Source: Phoronis australis (lineage: Eukaryota > Animalia > Phoronida). From it: 64,000 nucleotides of DNA. Position 1 is the stretch's first letter. Every line of letters begins with the position of its first letter. The notes beneath the pieces were generated by a model. The model saw only the letters and a program-made list of their open reading frames with translations, had not been told where the DNA came from and made no database searches. Shown piece by piece: positions 38,001 to 51,055 of the stretch. The stretch spans positions 524,018 to 588,017 of the forward strand of contig NMRA01000114.1 of the NCBI GenBank assembly GCA_002633005.1, read 5' to 3'. Position numbers and translations under genes: made by a program.

Positions 38001-39528
38001 CAAAACTGCAAAAAAGCAGGGTAATTTCGGATAAAAAATAACTTCCAAAATTCATCTTTTAGTTACGAATGCCCACAATTTATAAATAGCACAATCTCAC
38101 GGTAGTTGTGGAGAGAAATTAAGAATGACAAACAATTTCTTTAGTTATACTAATATCTTTTTAAAAAAAAGAAACAATAAATTTTCCCTTTGTGTCCCAA
38201 GTTGGCAAATTTTTCCGGAGGAATATATAACAACTTGAGGCAGCATAAGTGAGACACCATTGATGTAACAGAAGATCAACACAATTGACCTGGTTGCACT
38301 ATGAACATACACAGCTGCCATGGGGATGATATTAACCTCGAGGACATGCATCACTATGAACAAATCATAAGACAAAAGTAAAAAATACGCAGTAGTCAGT
38401 TAATCTGAGGTTGTATTACTGCTAGCGACTGGTCCAAGTTGCCTTACTCCAGCATTTCATAAGACGCAATGCAAAACATTTGATGGAAAGATTTGTAAAC
38501 ATCACGTCATGATTTCCTTAAACAGTATTTTCACATTTAAACCAGAAACCAATTTGTGAAAACCTTAACAATTTTACTTTGCTGACCTAGAAAAACTAAT
38601 CGGTCAAATGGCAAAACAAGTCACATGACCACTGAACCTGGCATTTTCGCAAAGAAAGTTCATTGGAGAATGAAATCGTGTTCAATTTTGTGTAAAGTTG
38701 GTACTCATTTTTTGCATTTGTGGCATAATGATTGGTCAAACTTGCCAGCTGCGACAGTGTTTTTGCATTATTATGGAGCAAACATTCGAAGCTTTATAAA
38801 CATGGGGGCAACATTCAAACCCCTGCTACACCCTCCTCCGAGGAGGTTGGGAATAGGATTGGATGCAAAAAATAATAGACACAGTTCAATGACCGAAACT
38901 TCAGAAAATCCATATTGAACGATCTGAGAGCTTATACAGCACTAGGCACCTTGCACTCATTACTATTAAACAATAATTAACAAAATTGCGAATTTCCTTT
39001 ATTTTAAAGGTTTACTACCTTCCTGCCCTAATAACAAATTTACCAAACATTGTCGGAAATGAGTCCCTTTTTACACCTAACCAGCGCCGCATCATCCATC
39101 ATGCTAACTAGAGCCCTGATGCATCATAGATTACCAGTAGCGTAGAAACTTCGACTTGAGCTCGTCTCGCCCTGTGCCGAAGGTCACAACATGTGATGAA
39201 GCTGTGAATCTTTTATTGGGTAGTATGCACGCACAATACAAATACTGCTTCATAAAGAGCACACCAAAAGAGTAGTAATATCCCAGAACACATATCTGCC
39301 ATCTTTTTCGTAACAAAATTAATTTCACAACAAATTCATCCAAACCTGTTGCTTTGTTGTGAATTTTTGGGGTTTTGTTAGTCCATGTGGTAGAGATCAT
39401 ACTTAAGGTCTGATTGACATGAAATTAACGAAGGATACATAACCCATCATAATAACACAGTACAGTACAGTACAAAGACAGGAATCCCCATTGCTTTTTT
39501 GTCATGATTATACCCAAGATGGCAGATG
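35060..39528. repeat. Tandem near-identical blocks 35060-37555 and 37882-39528 across an N gap
   Basis: Colinear apart from an insertion of about 830 bp in the first block; gap at 37556-37878. Confidence 0.85.
35897..36730 (+). mobile_element. Helentron-associated (HINE/DINE-1-like) non-autonomous element
   Basis: Inserted in a T run (empty site CATTTTTTGC near 38706). 5' hairpin, subterminal IR ATGTGCCCAC / GTGGGCGCAT, TCCG/TCTG microsatellite, about 140-bp internal repeats and 3' stem-loop CAACACTCAGCGTTG. Confidence 0.8.
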
Positions 39529-41414
39529 TCAGTCATTTTGTTTTAAAAAATCACACACCTAGAATAGCCAAGTTGCAAGAGAATATAAAAACACACGACT
39601 TGGGATTTTTTGGGTCCAGATCAAAGATGATGATTCGTTTCGATTGCGTAACGACCAAAGATTTAATTTGAATTTCATCTGCGTTATTCGCCCAATTCAA
39701 GTCCAACAATTTTAGGTGATGCAATTTTGTTTGATTTTATTTGTCGGTTTCGGCATTGCCGTTGTTGTTAGGGTAATCCTTGGAAACGTTGTCAGTGCTA
39801 TTTGAATCGTCCTTGTCCTCATTTATTCGATTGATTTCACCAAGGCTCTTCAGGCATTTCCATTTGTATTTTACTCATTCATTGGATCCTTGATGAGGAA
39901 TAAACACCAAATAAGTATACATAAACCATGAATGGTCTGCTGTCAAAAACAACTTTCTTCACAGTGGTATTTATTCTTCAAAAGAAACATTATCAGGTTT
40001 TTATCCTATGTTTGAGTTCAAGTTGATTACAATAAAGCAACTGAAAGTTCGTTGACGGTTAAAATGTACCCAGCGAGACAGCCAACTAAATGAGCCTGCA
40101 TTGAAGCAGTAACACACTGTCAGTCTTTCTCAACCTTACAAATAATTTCCACCACAGTAGGGAACAAGATGAGTTCAATTTTAAAATGGTACCGGGGGGG
40201 GGGGGCCCCGGGCTAAATGAAAGTTTATTAAACCCTTACAATACGCATCAACGCATCATTGATAATTGTTAAGAGTGCACTGCCAGATAACCTGACTACC
40301 AATATGGATATAACACACTGTTCACAACAAAGTGGTTATAACTTATAAATCGCTTTAAGGTAATAACTGTCCACCCAGGGTAATTCAGTCTAAACATTTC
40401 AAAACTGATTTTAAAGTTATAACTGTTACGTAGGTATAATGGTCTATGAGGTTGATTTAGCGAAAGCCGAGAGGTTATAGGCCTACAGTAACCATTGTGT
40501 GTTATAATCCTGTAGGTGGCGCTGCTGTCAAATCCCTTTGGAGTTCAATGGTGCACCCAGGCATGAACTCAGGTGAATCAGAAGTTGACTACTAGCAACT
40601 GAAACCACAAACTAGAGTTACAACACAGTTAACTGTCATTGTGAAGAGTAACAATTACATAAAACTTACAAATACAGAGTGAGTTACAGCAGAGGTTAAG
40701 TTGGTCTGCAAACGCTGCATGACAATATTCCACACCGCGCTAATTAGGTCAAGCATACAATGCTAATTAGGTCAAGCATACAGCGCTAATTACATCAACC
40801 TGAAGCCACAAATTTGAAACTGGTCCACCGTGTTATCACGTGTAAACAGGAATATAAATTCACTACATTAAAAGAACCAAAACAAGGCGTTCAACCCCAA
40901 AACACGGACTAAAACAATTATTTTCAAACATAGCACTGTATGGGCTTTAGCAGTATAAAGTGCTTTTCACACGCAGGCTTACCCAAGAATAAGTTACTCC
41001 TGGAACGAATTGTCGCTAGATTTGGGGGCTGTCTGGACGCTATTGAAACTAATGCAATTTGCCCCAATTGTGAAAACTTGCCCCACCTTTACAAAGATAG
41101 GGTAGCTTGTTCTATAGTAGCTTGCGCAACTTTTAATTGCTGTGTGGCCGCAAACCTGAAGCAAGGCAGAAGTAATTACTAGCTGTGTGCTTGCACTGTT
41201 GCATATATGCCAGTCTTCTTTGTATCGTATTCGCATCAGGTGTTCACTATTTTGCGTAGAACCACAACTGCCGCCATACACTAGTACGGTAATCAGATAT
41301 ATATGTGCGGATGCTCCGCTTTAAGCGGGGCAAGTTGCACAAGTACAACTTATTAGTAAATCTGTGTGTGTATAGGATTTCATCTGTGTGCTCTAGAACT
41401 TGGAGATTGCAGAT

Positions 41415-42965
41415 TTAATCAGACATCTCCTGAGACAGTTCATCTTCATTAATAATTGTTTGTGCATCTGGCGAGGTAAAATCCTTAATAGCTTGATCCT
41501 TAGTTTCAATTGGCAACAGTACAGCCATGATGGCCGCCAAAAACCCCACGAAAGCGTAGACACCAACGGTAGCGTAAACAGATTTCTGGAGCAGCACCTG
41601 AGCAATAAATGGCGTAATGACCCCACCAACACGGGCTGCTGAGCTGCTGCTGCCGAGACCAAGTGCCCTGACAGCAGTAGGGTACACTTCTAGTGTATAG
41701 AGGTACGTAACTTGAAATATGCTCGAACAAAACATACGGATGACGAGTGAAAATCCTGTGACGGCAGCTTTTGAGATACACGTGGCAAGCAAGCCTGTGA
41801 AGAGTGTGAATGACGAATACAGGACAAACAGCGTGATTCGTCGAGACAGAAACTTGACCCAGAAAAATGAGTTCGGAATAGCGGCGAATTCTGCAAGTGT
41901 TACTACAAGCAAACGAGTATAGTCATGAGTGTCGAGTACCTTACATTCTAATGAACATGCCACGAGTGTTCTGTGTTGTCCCTTGGTTGGACAGCCAGTG
42001 GAAGTCTTAAGTAGCTCTGTTGTAAGTAGACTGATTCCGTAATAAGAGAAGGCTGCAGCAAACCAGATGTACCACAGAGTCATAGTTGTTCGTCTTAGTT
42101 CCGGTTTGAACAAGTCGGAGAACCGACCTGGTTTCTCGGAATTAACTTGAGAAGACGGCACAAACAACTTGCCTTCTGGCAAGGGTTTGTTGTTGTGGCG
42201 GGACATCATTTCCAGTGTTTTCATAGCTTTCTTGACTTGTCCTGTTGTCACGTGATAGCGGATGCTCTCTGGAAGGAACTTCCAAATGATGAAGGTAGAT
42301 ATCACCAACGGCAACGCGCATAAAATGAGTTGCCATCGCCAGCCAAGAGAAGGCATGACGACAACTGCAACGGCAATGACAGAAAACGTACCCAAAGCCC
42401 AGAAAAAGTGCATCACCAAAAGATTGTTGACACGTGATGGAGTCGTGGTGAATTCTACTTGCATCGTCGATGTCTGCGATCCACCGATGAAAGCGAAACC
42501 CACAATGCCTCTGAGCACATATATCCAATATATCGATGGCGAGAAGGCACTGAGAAATCCGAAGTAAAACGTGATGACAAAACTGACCAGAACACCTCTC
42601 TTTCGGCCATATCTATCACAAATCCAGCCCCAGGAAGCGGCCCCAATCATCATTCCGATGAAAACGAAGGTCGTCACAAGTGCCTGTTCGCTGCTAGAGA
42701 CCCCCCAGCCACAGTGCAGAGCTGGTGACAGTATAGTCAATAGCATCATCTCCATAGCCTCCGTCACGCTCCCTAGGCCACAGATGGCAGACACCCACAA
42801 TTGAAACTTGCCCCAGCCCACAGCATTCATTGCATCTTCTATTGTGTACTTTTTACGTTTTTTCCGCGGTTTCCCATCGATAGCTTGGTAGTTGCTGAGA
42901 GAAGCACCATTAGTGATTTTGTCTACAGACATCTCAGCACATTCTTCTGCGTTACTCATCTCCAT
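41415..42965 (-). CDS. SVOP: Synaptic vesicle 2-related (SVOP-like) MFS transporter, intronless, paralog 1
   Basis: 516-aa ORF with YTIEDAMNAVGWGKFQ, EAMEMMLLTILSP, MFS motif A GWICDRYGRK, LGWRW, LPESIRY, YLYTLEVYPTAVRALGLG..ARVGGVITPFIAQVL and LLPIETK. Confidence 0.9.
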   Translation of the reverse strand: MEMSNAEECAEMSVDKITNGASLSNYQAIDGKPRKKRKKYTIEDAMNAVGWGKFQLWVSAICGLGSVTEAMEMMLLTILSPALHCGWGVSSSEQALVTTFVFIGMMIGAASWGWICDRYGRKRGVLVSFVITFYFGFLSAFSPSIYWIYVLRGIVGFAFIGGSQTSTMQVEFTTTPSRVNNLLVMHFFWALGTFSVIAVAVVVMPSLGWRWQLILCALPLVISTFIIWKFLPESIRYHVTTGQVKKAMKTLEMMSRHNNKPLPEGKLFVPSSQVNSEKPGRFSDLFKPELRRTTMTLWYIWFAAAFSYYGISLLTTELLKTSTGCPTKGQHRTLVACSLECKVLDTHDYTRLLVVTLAEFAAIPNSFFWVKFLSRRITLFVLYSSFTLFTGLLATCISKAAVTGFSLVIRMFCSSIFQVTYLYTLEVYPTAVRALGLGSSSSAARVGGVITPFIAQVLLQKSVYATVGVYAFVGFLAAIMAVLLPIETKDQAIKDFTSPDAQTIINEDELSQEMSD

Positions 42966-43338
42966 GGTCTTTGTTAGGGACGCAAACTATCAAAAACTTT
43001 ATGATCCTGGTAATTATGTAGAATTACTCACAATTTATGATTAAACATGCAGGTTATCTGCATATTGTGGCATCTTATAAGTTTGATATTTCCAGCCAAA
43101 TGACATGCGACGAGTGAACTATCGAAATACGGAGAAGACAAACGACCGATAATTGTAAGTCCTGTAGAAAGCAGTGATTTTTCACCAATTTCCTGCATTG
43201 GTTTATCACAACCAGTTTGAAAGAAAATGGTAAACGTTTCCACTACCAGCACCTCAATCACATAAACACAATGTCATAGCATTAAAAAGCTACAGGTTAA
43301 AACGTAAACCTGCAAAGTTGTTCGGTGAAAGCACCCAN

Positions 43339-44185
43339 AAGCGAAACCCACAATGCCTCTGAGCACATATATCCAATATATCGATGGCGAGAAGGCACTG
43401 AGAAATCCGAAGTAAAACGTGATGACAAAACTGACCAGAACACCTCTCTTTCGGCCATATCTATCACAAATCCAGCCCCAGGAAGCGGCCCCAATCATCA
43501 TTCCGATGAAAACGAAGGTCGTCACAAGTGCCTGTTCGCTGCTAGAGACCCCCCAGCCACAGTGCAGAGCTGGTGACAGTATAGTCAATAGCATCATCTC
43601 CATAGCCTCCGTCACGCTCCCTAGGCCACAGATGGCAGACACCCACAATTGAAACTTGCCCCAGCCCACAGCATTCATTGCATCTTCTATTGTGTACTTT
43701 TTACGTTTTTTCCGCGGTTTCCCATCGATAGCTTGGTAGTTGCTGAGAGAAGCACCATTAGTGATTTTGTCTACAGACATCTCAGCACATTCTTCTGCGT
43801 TACTCATCTCCATGGTCTTTGTTAGGGACGCAAACTATCAAAAACTTTATGATCCTGGTAATTATGTAGAATTACTCACAATTTATGATTAAACATGCAG
43901 GTTATCTGCATATTGTGGCATCTTATAAGTTTGATATTTCCAGCCAAATGACATGCGACGAGTGAACTATCGAAATACGGAGAAGACAAACGACCGATAA
44001 TTGTAAGTCCTGTAGAAAGCAGTGATTTTTCACCAATTTCCTGCATTGGTTTATCACAACCAGTTTGAAAGAAAATGGTAAACGTTTCCACTACCAGCAC
44101 CTCAATCACATAAACACAATGTCATAGCATTAAAAAGCTACAGGTTAAAACGTAAACCTGCAAAGTTGTTCGGTGAAAGCACCCA
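43339..44185. repeat. Apparently exact 847-bp duplicate of 42491-43337, including a truncated SVOP 5' end (contig overlap)
   Basis: Sequence appears identical on both sides of the single N at 43338. Confidence 0.9.
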
Positions 44186-44886
44186 CAATGCAGCACTGAC
44201 CAAGCACGCAGTAAACAAAAATCCATCACAACTTTCTTCCAATTCCAGGGATCCCATTACCCAAACATATGGTAGTCCTTTCACAAAAAACCTGGACAGC
44301 AGCTAAGCATTTATGCTCGAGTCACGAATCTAGTATAAATACCTTTGAATACTAAGAGCAAATATCCATTCTTATGTAAAATCAATAAGTCAAGAGACAA
44401 CAGCTGCTTTTTACAGACTGGTAACACTTTGGCTCACCACAACAGACACATTTTGCATATGAACTCCATTAATCACAGTCACAAGGTCAAATGAATGTCC
44501 CATCTATAGAAAAAAATGTTTCTAGAATTTGGAACAAGCTCCAACCTAGAGCAGAATACTAGATGGTAATACCTCACTTTTGTAGAGCCACCGAATTTCG
44601 CCCCAGGTGTTCTGGTCGCCTGTTGAAATACCGTAATAGTAGTGGAGGATTTCGGTCTTACAAAAAGCTTTTGACGTACAACAAAATAATCCTTTGAAAT
44701 ACAATTGTAAGAGAACCAGTTTTATATAGAGGTTGTCTATTAGAGATTCAGAGATTTTATCAGGATAGAAATTATACTTCATTAATTAGATAATGCAAAT
44801 GTTAAAAATAATAGGGATAACTAGAGGTATACTATAACAATGCACACAGCAATGACTCTGTGCAGGGAGTATTTCCTTGTTTAGTA

Positions 44887-45292
44887 AAAATAAATATACG
44901 TAAATAAAACAACAAAAATGGATCACTCAGAAATTTTCGGATATAATAGGTAATCACTTCAATTCCAAAAAAACCTAATCTACAAGATCTTTCTGTACAA
45001 ATTATAGAGAAACTCCAATACGCTAGTATCAATCACAAACTCAAAAGAGAACAGTTCTGGATAAATAAGCTCAACACACTTGAACCTAATGGATTGAACA
45101 TAAAGACTTCTTAAATTATATCCTTTACTTTTTACTGCAAGAATGTATCATGCTCATTACGCCATATATCAGATATCAATTGTCACATAGTGTTTGATTT
45201 TACTTTATTTCTATTTCTGTTGATGAAGGATGTTATTATATCTGAAAATTTTAGTGATCCATTTTTGTTGTTTTATTTACGTATATTTATTC
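44887..45292. repeat. About 60-bp inverted repeat with a spacer of about 290 bp
   Basis: AATAAATATACGTAAATAAAACAACAAAAATGGATCACT..ATATAATA matches the reverse complement at about 45234-45292. Confidence 0.7.
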
Positions 45293-45927
45293 TACTTTTC
45301 GACACACAAGTGTATCCTTAAGAGGATCTGGATCGCCTCTTTTAGTTTGAGATTTATTTCTACCTTGTTTAGTAAAACGTCCTTTTGATGTTTCAGACAC
45401 AGTCAAACAACATTAAAATGTAAAAAATGAAAAGAATAATAATTAGTTCAACTTTACGTAGTGCTGTGATACTAAGCACTCTGCAAATTATTACCTGACT
45501 ATCGACCCAGCCAATCTTAATCCTTCTCAACTCCCCTGCAGCATACAATGGGAGCAACCATCGTCAGAGCAAACCAATGAAACCAAACACATAATTTTAC
45601 CCAAGTTTAAGAGGTAAATTGTGATTACCTAAATCAGAAAAATATCCCAAGGTCTGCAAATTTTTTGAAAACGTGTTGTAACTGCATTTGTATTCCTATT
45701 TATGGGTTGAAATCGTGGCATAATGGTAGTAGATGCGTTATCAAAAAATATAAAAATTGCATTACAACATTCTGCACCGGTGGCTTTGCCAAGAAGCAGT
45801 ATACAAGAAATCAGAAGAATTTTATGTCTTAATTGGCTTCAAATGAAAACTTTCATATGGGCTAATTTAAGAGACCTCTAAGCCTTATCATGATATTCAG
45901 TTGCTAGGAGGAATTAATGGTAACAAA

Positions 45928-46166
45928 GGAATTTCACAGCAAACTGACTTAGCTAAGACAAAACTTAAATTTCAGCCAATTTTAAGATAAAACTTAGCGT
46001 CTCAAGTCAGTTTCAAGAAAGAGATCTTAAGTTTGACTTATGCTTTGTCTCAATTTTGCTGGACTAACTTACCGGAGGTGGAAGTTTCAAAGTTTGGAAG
46101 TTGCAACAAATCTTAGACTTAAGTCAAAAATGAACTTACGGTAAGTCAGTTTCTTGGAATGGACCC
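45928..46166. mobile_element. Older copy of the MITE at 18143-18392
   Basis: AAACTGACTTAGCTAAGACAAA..AAAGAGATCTTA..GGAAGTTTCAAAGT..TAAGTCAGTTTCTTGGAATGG. Confidence 0.8.
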
Positions 46167-47450
46167 AAGGACTACGAGACTGTCAATGTTGTATTGAGGA
46201 TTGATTATCAACAAACAAAACTGCGCTGGAGCTGAGGTCAGTTTTCATGAAAAGAAAATCCCCGGTAATATGTATTACTATTTTTTGTTTTTGTGCATGG
46301 GAATGATTGAGTAGCATTCTGTTGACCCACACCCACATTCTGAAAGATTGGCGGTTTGTCCTTGGGGGTGGGGGTAGGGGGTAAACCTTCGCATAGGAAA
46401 GATTGCTCTTGGTTAACCGGGTATTACGTTCACCATCGAGAACACAAGCACATCGGTGTTCTAAGTAGGCCTAAATGAAATTAGATTAATTCTACAAACC
46501 ACGTCATTCTGAAGGAAACAAACTTAGTAGGAGAAACCCCAAATCTCACAAATATTTTGAAGATTATGTAAACTTATACTTTTAACATAAAACTATAAGT
46601 AAAAGTAATCAACATAAATAATCTCACGACTCCCCAATAATTGCCTAAATTCCCCCCTTTTCATATTTGAAGGGGTTCTAACATTGTTTTGAATGATTTT
46701 TCAGGACTGTTGGACATTATTGGTAAATTGAAGACATTACTGTAGAATTTTAAAACTGCAGATAAGGCTATGCTTTTTGCATATGTACACGTTCATGGAC
46801 TGGGCGGTTATTTTAGCAAAGTCTGAAAACGAGTGGGGGGTGCTGCATAGGGGTATGGGCGCTTATTAGGACGAATGTTATTATTTATAAAATGATTTTG
46901 GCTAAAATGACATTGTACATTACAATAAGAAATCAGTTCTAAGAAATATGGTATTTCACTTGCTGTTATCAGACCGGTCTTCTGCCTTCCCCCTTTTCGT
47001 CGTTTTGGAGTAGTCCGAAAATTCCTTTGTGAATGACCACACACTGTGATCTTTTGTCTAGTCGAATCGCGTAACGGGTGACATCTACTGAATCAATAGG
47101 ATTGCACTGCTCCGATGTTTTTTACTGCTGGAGCATCAACACGCTGACCAAACTGAACCTTAAATTCATGACAAAAACAGACCAAGGAGGAGAAAGTTTA
47201 TTCATGTTCATCTGGGAAACGGTATAGTGCTTTTGCGCTCTGAAAGTTCGCTCGCCACCTGGACAACTGACAAGTCAAACCTCTACTCGCCTAGCACCAG
47301 GTTGAAATAGCAAACATGGTTGAGGCATGTATGGGTTATATTGACCGAAAACAAATTTTCACCGAACAATTAATCGAAGACTGGGCCTTTCACTCGTCCC
47401 AGTTTAATTGGCATTTTCTCGGCTTCAGCAAATGGACTTTATTTGAACTT

Positions 47451-47772
47451 AGGTACACGAGTTCTCGAAAACAACTTGGTGGATTTTGCTGAAACTTTCC
47501 AAACTTAATATTAAATATTAATTCATCGATTTCAAAAACGCTGTTAGAATTTTCGATATAAAGGCCTAGTTTTTGCGTAATGTGATAAAGACAAATACAA
47601 CTTCTATTTTTTACAAAAATACCTTACATTGTGTGAGATGATTTGTCAAAGAATCCTAACAAAAAAGTAATCGAAAATTCCTAACACCATTCTTGAGGTA
47701 ATTGGTGAAATTTTCATTTAAAAACAGTTTTATTAAAATCGACCGAGGGGTTATTTTGCTTTGCATGTACCT
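47451..47772. mobile_element. Palindromic MITE (AGGTAC..GTACCT termini)
   Basis: Terminal AGGTACA / TGTACCT and internal inverted pair TGTTAGAATTTTCGAT / ATCGAAAATTCCTAACA. Confidence 0.5.
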
Positions 47773-49471
47773 TTCTTAAAAATGAAATTTTGACTTAAAA
47801 AGGTGTTAACGTAATAACAATAATAGTACATAAATACAAAACATATTTTCATATTCCCTAGTCTAGTTGACAAAGCTTATTGCTTTGATAGAGAGTTAGA
47901 ATGGAGGCTACTAAATAAGGTTTGAGAAAACTTCAGCGCATCCATCTCTGTGTTAAGCTCCCACCCACAATTTCCAGGTTTACTAATTTAAACGACCAGG
48001 CTGTTAACCCAAATGTTTATGGTAGTCAAATGTTGGTACACCTGCACCTTAAGCAATATTATTAAAATGGAATAAAATCTGAGGGTATGTTCTCGTGAAT
48101 AAGGGACTTGAACCAGTTTAAGATGTAAATTAATATACTGGCTACAAGGTATAATTCAATACAGTGTAGTGCAGCAGGATGCTATTAAAATGTGCGAGAC
48201 AATCTCACTGCTGGTGCTGAAGACAATACGTTTCCGACAGAATACGTTAACCAATAAATACCAACCAAATTAATGAAAATATATTCAGTAGCTGAGGAAA
48301 AATTCCAAACATCCCCTTTTGCAAATTTCTGTGTAGGAGTTCAGAAAACGTCAACTTTCAACATGAATTGTGTGTTTTGATATCAAGTAAAGTAAACTGT
48401 TCGTAGTATTAGGATGGTGAAGATTTGTTGAAAATGTTAAAAAGATATTGACATGACATGATCTAAGGTGAACGCTTGCCCGTAACTGACCACATGAAGA
48501 GTAATGCATTAGTTATTTTTCTTAATGAGGGGACAGTCCCCTAGCACCAATTCCATCTCTCATCCCAAACAGCCTCCCAATTCCACCCGCATATCCTAAA
48601 CTATCATGGTACGGAAAGAGTATGAGACAATTTTTGTGGTTGAGTCACCTAGTTTATGACAACACGTTTTATGGCGTAAGGAAATGCCACTTTGAAGCAG
48701 CAACAAGCTGTAGGTGTATATCTAGTAGGGGTCCAGGGTATCCAAATAGACACCCTAACTCAAACCCTGTTGAGCATTTAGTCGCAAGAAAGCACCTGAA
48801 TCACTTTTAAAGAAACTACAAACCTTACACTCGCTCCATCCAAGAAGAAAACTTAAAATTAGTTCACTTACCTCAATAAAATTGGTCTCTACTTGTTTCT
48901 TAATCAGACGGGGAAACAATTTCTGAGTTTGCAAAGCACTGAACGCTCATTCCTTGAGACCATGATTCGCACATAAAATGGCAAACCATGACGAGCTAAC
49001 TTGTTGACTGGTCTAAAGTAAACAGTATCCATGGTTCTGTTGAGGCTCTGAAGTCACCTCACATTTGACTAAGGAACAACACAAGACCAATTTCATGACT
49101 GTGAGTGGCCTAAATCAAAATGTGGCTTTGTTGCGGAACACATCAATTCATAGGTATTTGAGGTCTGTTTCATGAAAGAGACTGACTTAATACTCAAGAC
49201 AGAAATTTGGTTTTAGGATGCCACTTCACAAATGCTGAATAAAGGTCTAGCAATAACTTTTGTAATCTCAGAAATTACATAGCAGTTGTGTGTACTTCTG
49301 TTCCAATGACATTTAAATATTTTTCAGAACTAGTTCTGCGGAGCTTAGTTAAGACCAAATTTCCGTCTTGAGTTGTCAATTAGTCACTTTTCAGGAGTCA
49401 GACCCAAGGTTTTACATAATTTAGTTTTCATGTTGATCAAATGTACATTACAAATGAAATCACTCCACTAT

Positions 49472-51055
49472 TTACTCATTTATTTCAACAGTAAAATCAC
49501 TTATTTCTCTATTCTTTGTTTCAATAGGTAACAACAATGCTATCACTCCAGCTAATAACCCCACTACTGCATAGACTCCAACTGCGGCGTACATGGATTT
49601 CTCCAGTAGAACTTGGGCAATGAACGGTGTTATAATCCCTCCCACTCGTGCGGCTGAACTACTACTCCCCAATCCTAGTGCTCGAATTGATGTCGGGTAA
49701 ACTTCTAAGGTATAAAGGTAGATCACTTGAAAAACACTTGAGCAAAATACTCTTATAACTAACAGAAATCCTGTGATGGCGTACTTGGAAATGCATGTCA
49801 TCAACAAAAAAGAAAACACTGAGAAGACAGAGTACATAACGAACATCGTCCGCTTACGAGATAAACACTTAACCCAAAAGAAAGAGTTTGGTACGGCTGC
49901 AAATTCCGCGCTGGTGATGATAAGCAGACGGAGATAATCGTGCACAGACAACTCTGCACACTCCAATCCGCAGGGCGGAAAAACGGCATGATCGTCCGAG
50001 GACGGACATCCGTGTTTGGTTTTCATAAGTTCCGTTGTCAGCAGACTCATGCCGTAGTACGCAAATGCAGTGGCAAACCAAATGTACCACAGCATCAGAG
50101 TCGTCCGTCGCAGCTCCGGTTTCAGGAGATCCCGAAATTGACCTCGATTACTGTTACTTTGTCTAGGTGGACTGTACAAGCGACCTCTGGGCATCGGTTT
50201 TTTATTGTGCCTTGCCATCATTTGTATAGTTTTCATAGCACCTGTTACATTTCCACTCGCCATTTGGTAGCGCACGCTCTCTGGCAAGAATGCGGCTATG
50301 AGGCAAGTAGACACGAACAACGGGAAAGTGCATATTAACAGTTGCCAGCGCCAGCCAAGGGTTGGCATGACAACAACCGCTATAGCAATCACAAAAAAGT
50401 TTCCGAGAGCCCAAAAGGTATTCATAATCAGCAGATTGTTCACACGGCTAGAAGTCGATGTGAACTCCACTTGCATCGTTGATGTCTGTGAGCCCCCAAT
50501 AAAAGCAGCACCCACGATGCCACGTAATACATAAATCCACACAATTGTTGGTGAAAAGGCACTCAGCACGCCGTAGTAGAACGTGATGACGAAGCTAATG
50601 AGGACGCCATTTTTCCTACCGTATTTATCGCAGACAATACCCCAGGAGGCAGCACCTACCATCATTCCAACAAACACAAACGTGGTAACAAGTGCTTGCT
50701 GACTACTCGTAACTCCCCATTCACAGAGCAGCGCTGGCGACAAAATGGTCAGAATCATCATTTCCATGGCCTCCGTTAAGTTGCCAAGGCCACACAGCGC
50801 AGTCAGCCAAATTTGAAATTTTCCCCAGCCTATAGAATTCATTGCTTCCTCGACAGTGAAAATTTCTTTATGGTCCGTGCCACCGTCGCTGTCATGCACA
50901 TCCGATCCGTAACCCCTCATGTCTTCTTTGACCCCATTCTGAAGAAGAGGTTTACTAGGAGTTTGTTCATACAAAGTGTCATCACCTTCGACCTCGGAGT
51001 CAGAGTTCAAGAAAACATCATTCAACTGGCTATAGACAACCTTTTTCTCTGCCAT
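49472..51055 (-). CDS. SVOP: Synaptic vesicle 2-related (SVOP-like) MFS transporter, intronless, paralog 2
   Basis: 527-aa ORF colinear with 41415-42965 (FTVEEAMNSIGWGKFQ, GIVCDKYGRK, YLYTLEVYPTSIRALGLG, LLPIETK) but with a different acidic N-terminal tail. Possible 5'UTR acceptor at 51134. Confidence 0.9.
   Translation of the reverse strand: MAEKKVVYSQLNDVFLNSDSEVEGDDTLYEQTPSKPLLQNGVKEDMRGYGSDVHDSDGGTDHKEIFTVEEAMNSIGWGKFQIWLTALCGLGNLTEAMEMMILTILSPALLCEWGVTSSQQALVTTFVFVGMMVGAASWGIVCDKYGRKNGVLISFVITFYYGVLSAFSPTIVWIYVLRGIVGAAFIGGSQTSTMQVEFTSTSSRVNNLLIMNTFWALGNFFVIAIAVVVMPTLGWRWQLLICTFPLFVSTCLIAAFLPESVRYQMASGNVTGAMKTIQMMARHNKKPMPRGRLYSPPRQSNSNRGQFRDLLKPELRRTTLMLWYIWFATAFAYYGMSLLTTELMKTKHGCPSSDDHAVFPPCGLECAELSVHDYLRLLIITSAEFAAVPNSFFWVKCLSRKRTMFVMYSVFSVFSFLLMTCISKYAITGFLLVIRVFCSSVFQVIYLYTLEVYPTSIRALGLGSSSSAARVGGIITPFIAQVLLEKSMYAAVGVYAVVGLLAGVIALLLPIETKNREISDFTVEINE

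Noticed and set aside
39728-39873. Hydrophilic minus-strand frame KYKWKCLKSLGEINRINEDKDD..
   Set aside because: In-frame stop immediately upstream, with no start codon or acceptor.
41393-42804. Short overlapping and antisense ORFs within SVOP (likewise 49801-51091)
   Set aside because: Shadow ORFs of a GC-richer coding region with no independent protein features.
43274-43813. Third, truncated SVOP gene (179-aa ORF)
   Set aside because: Appears identical to the 5' end of paralog 1 and is cut at a single N; contig overlap.
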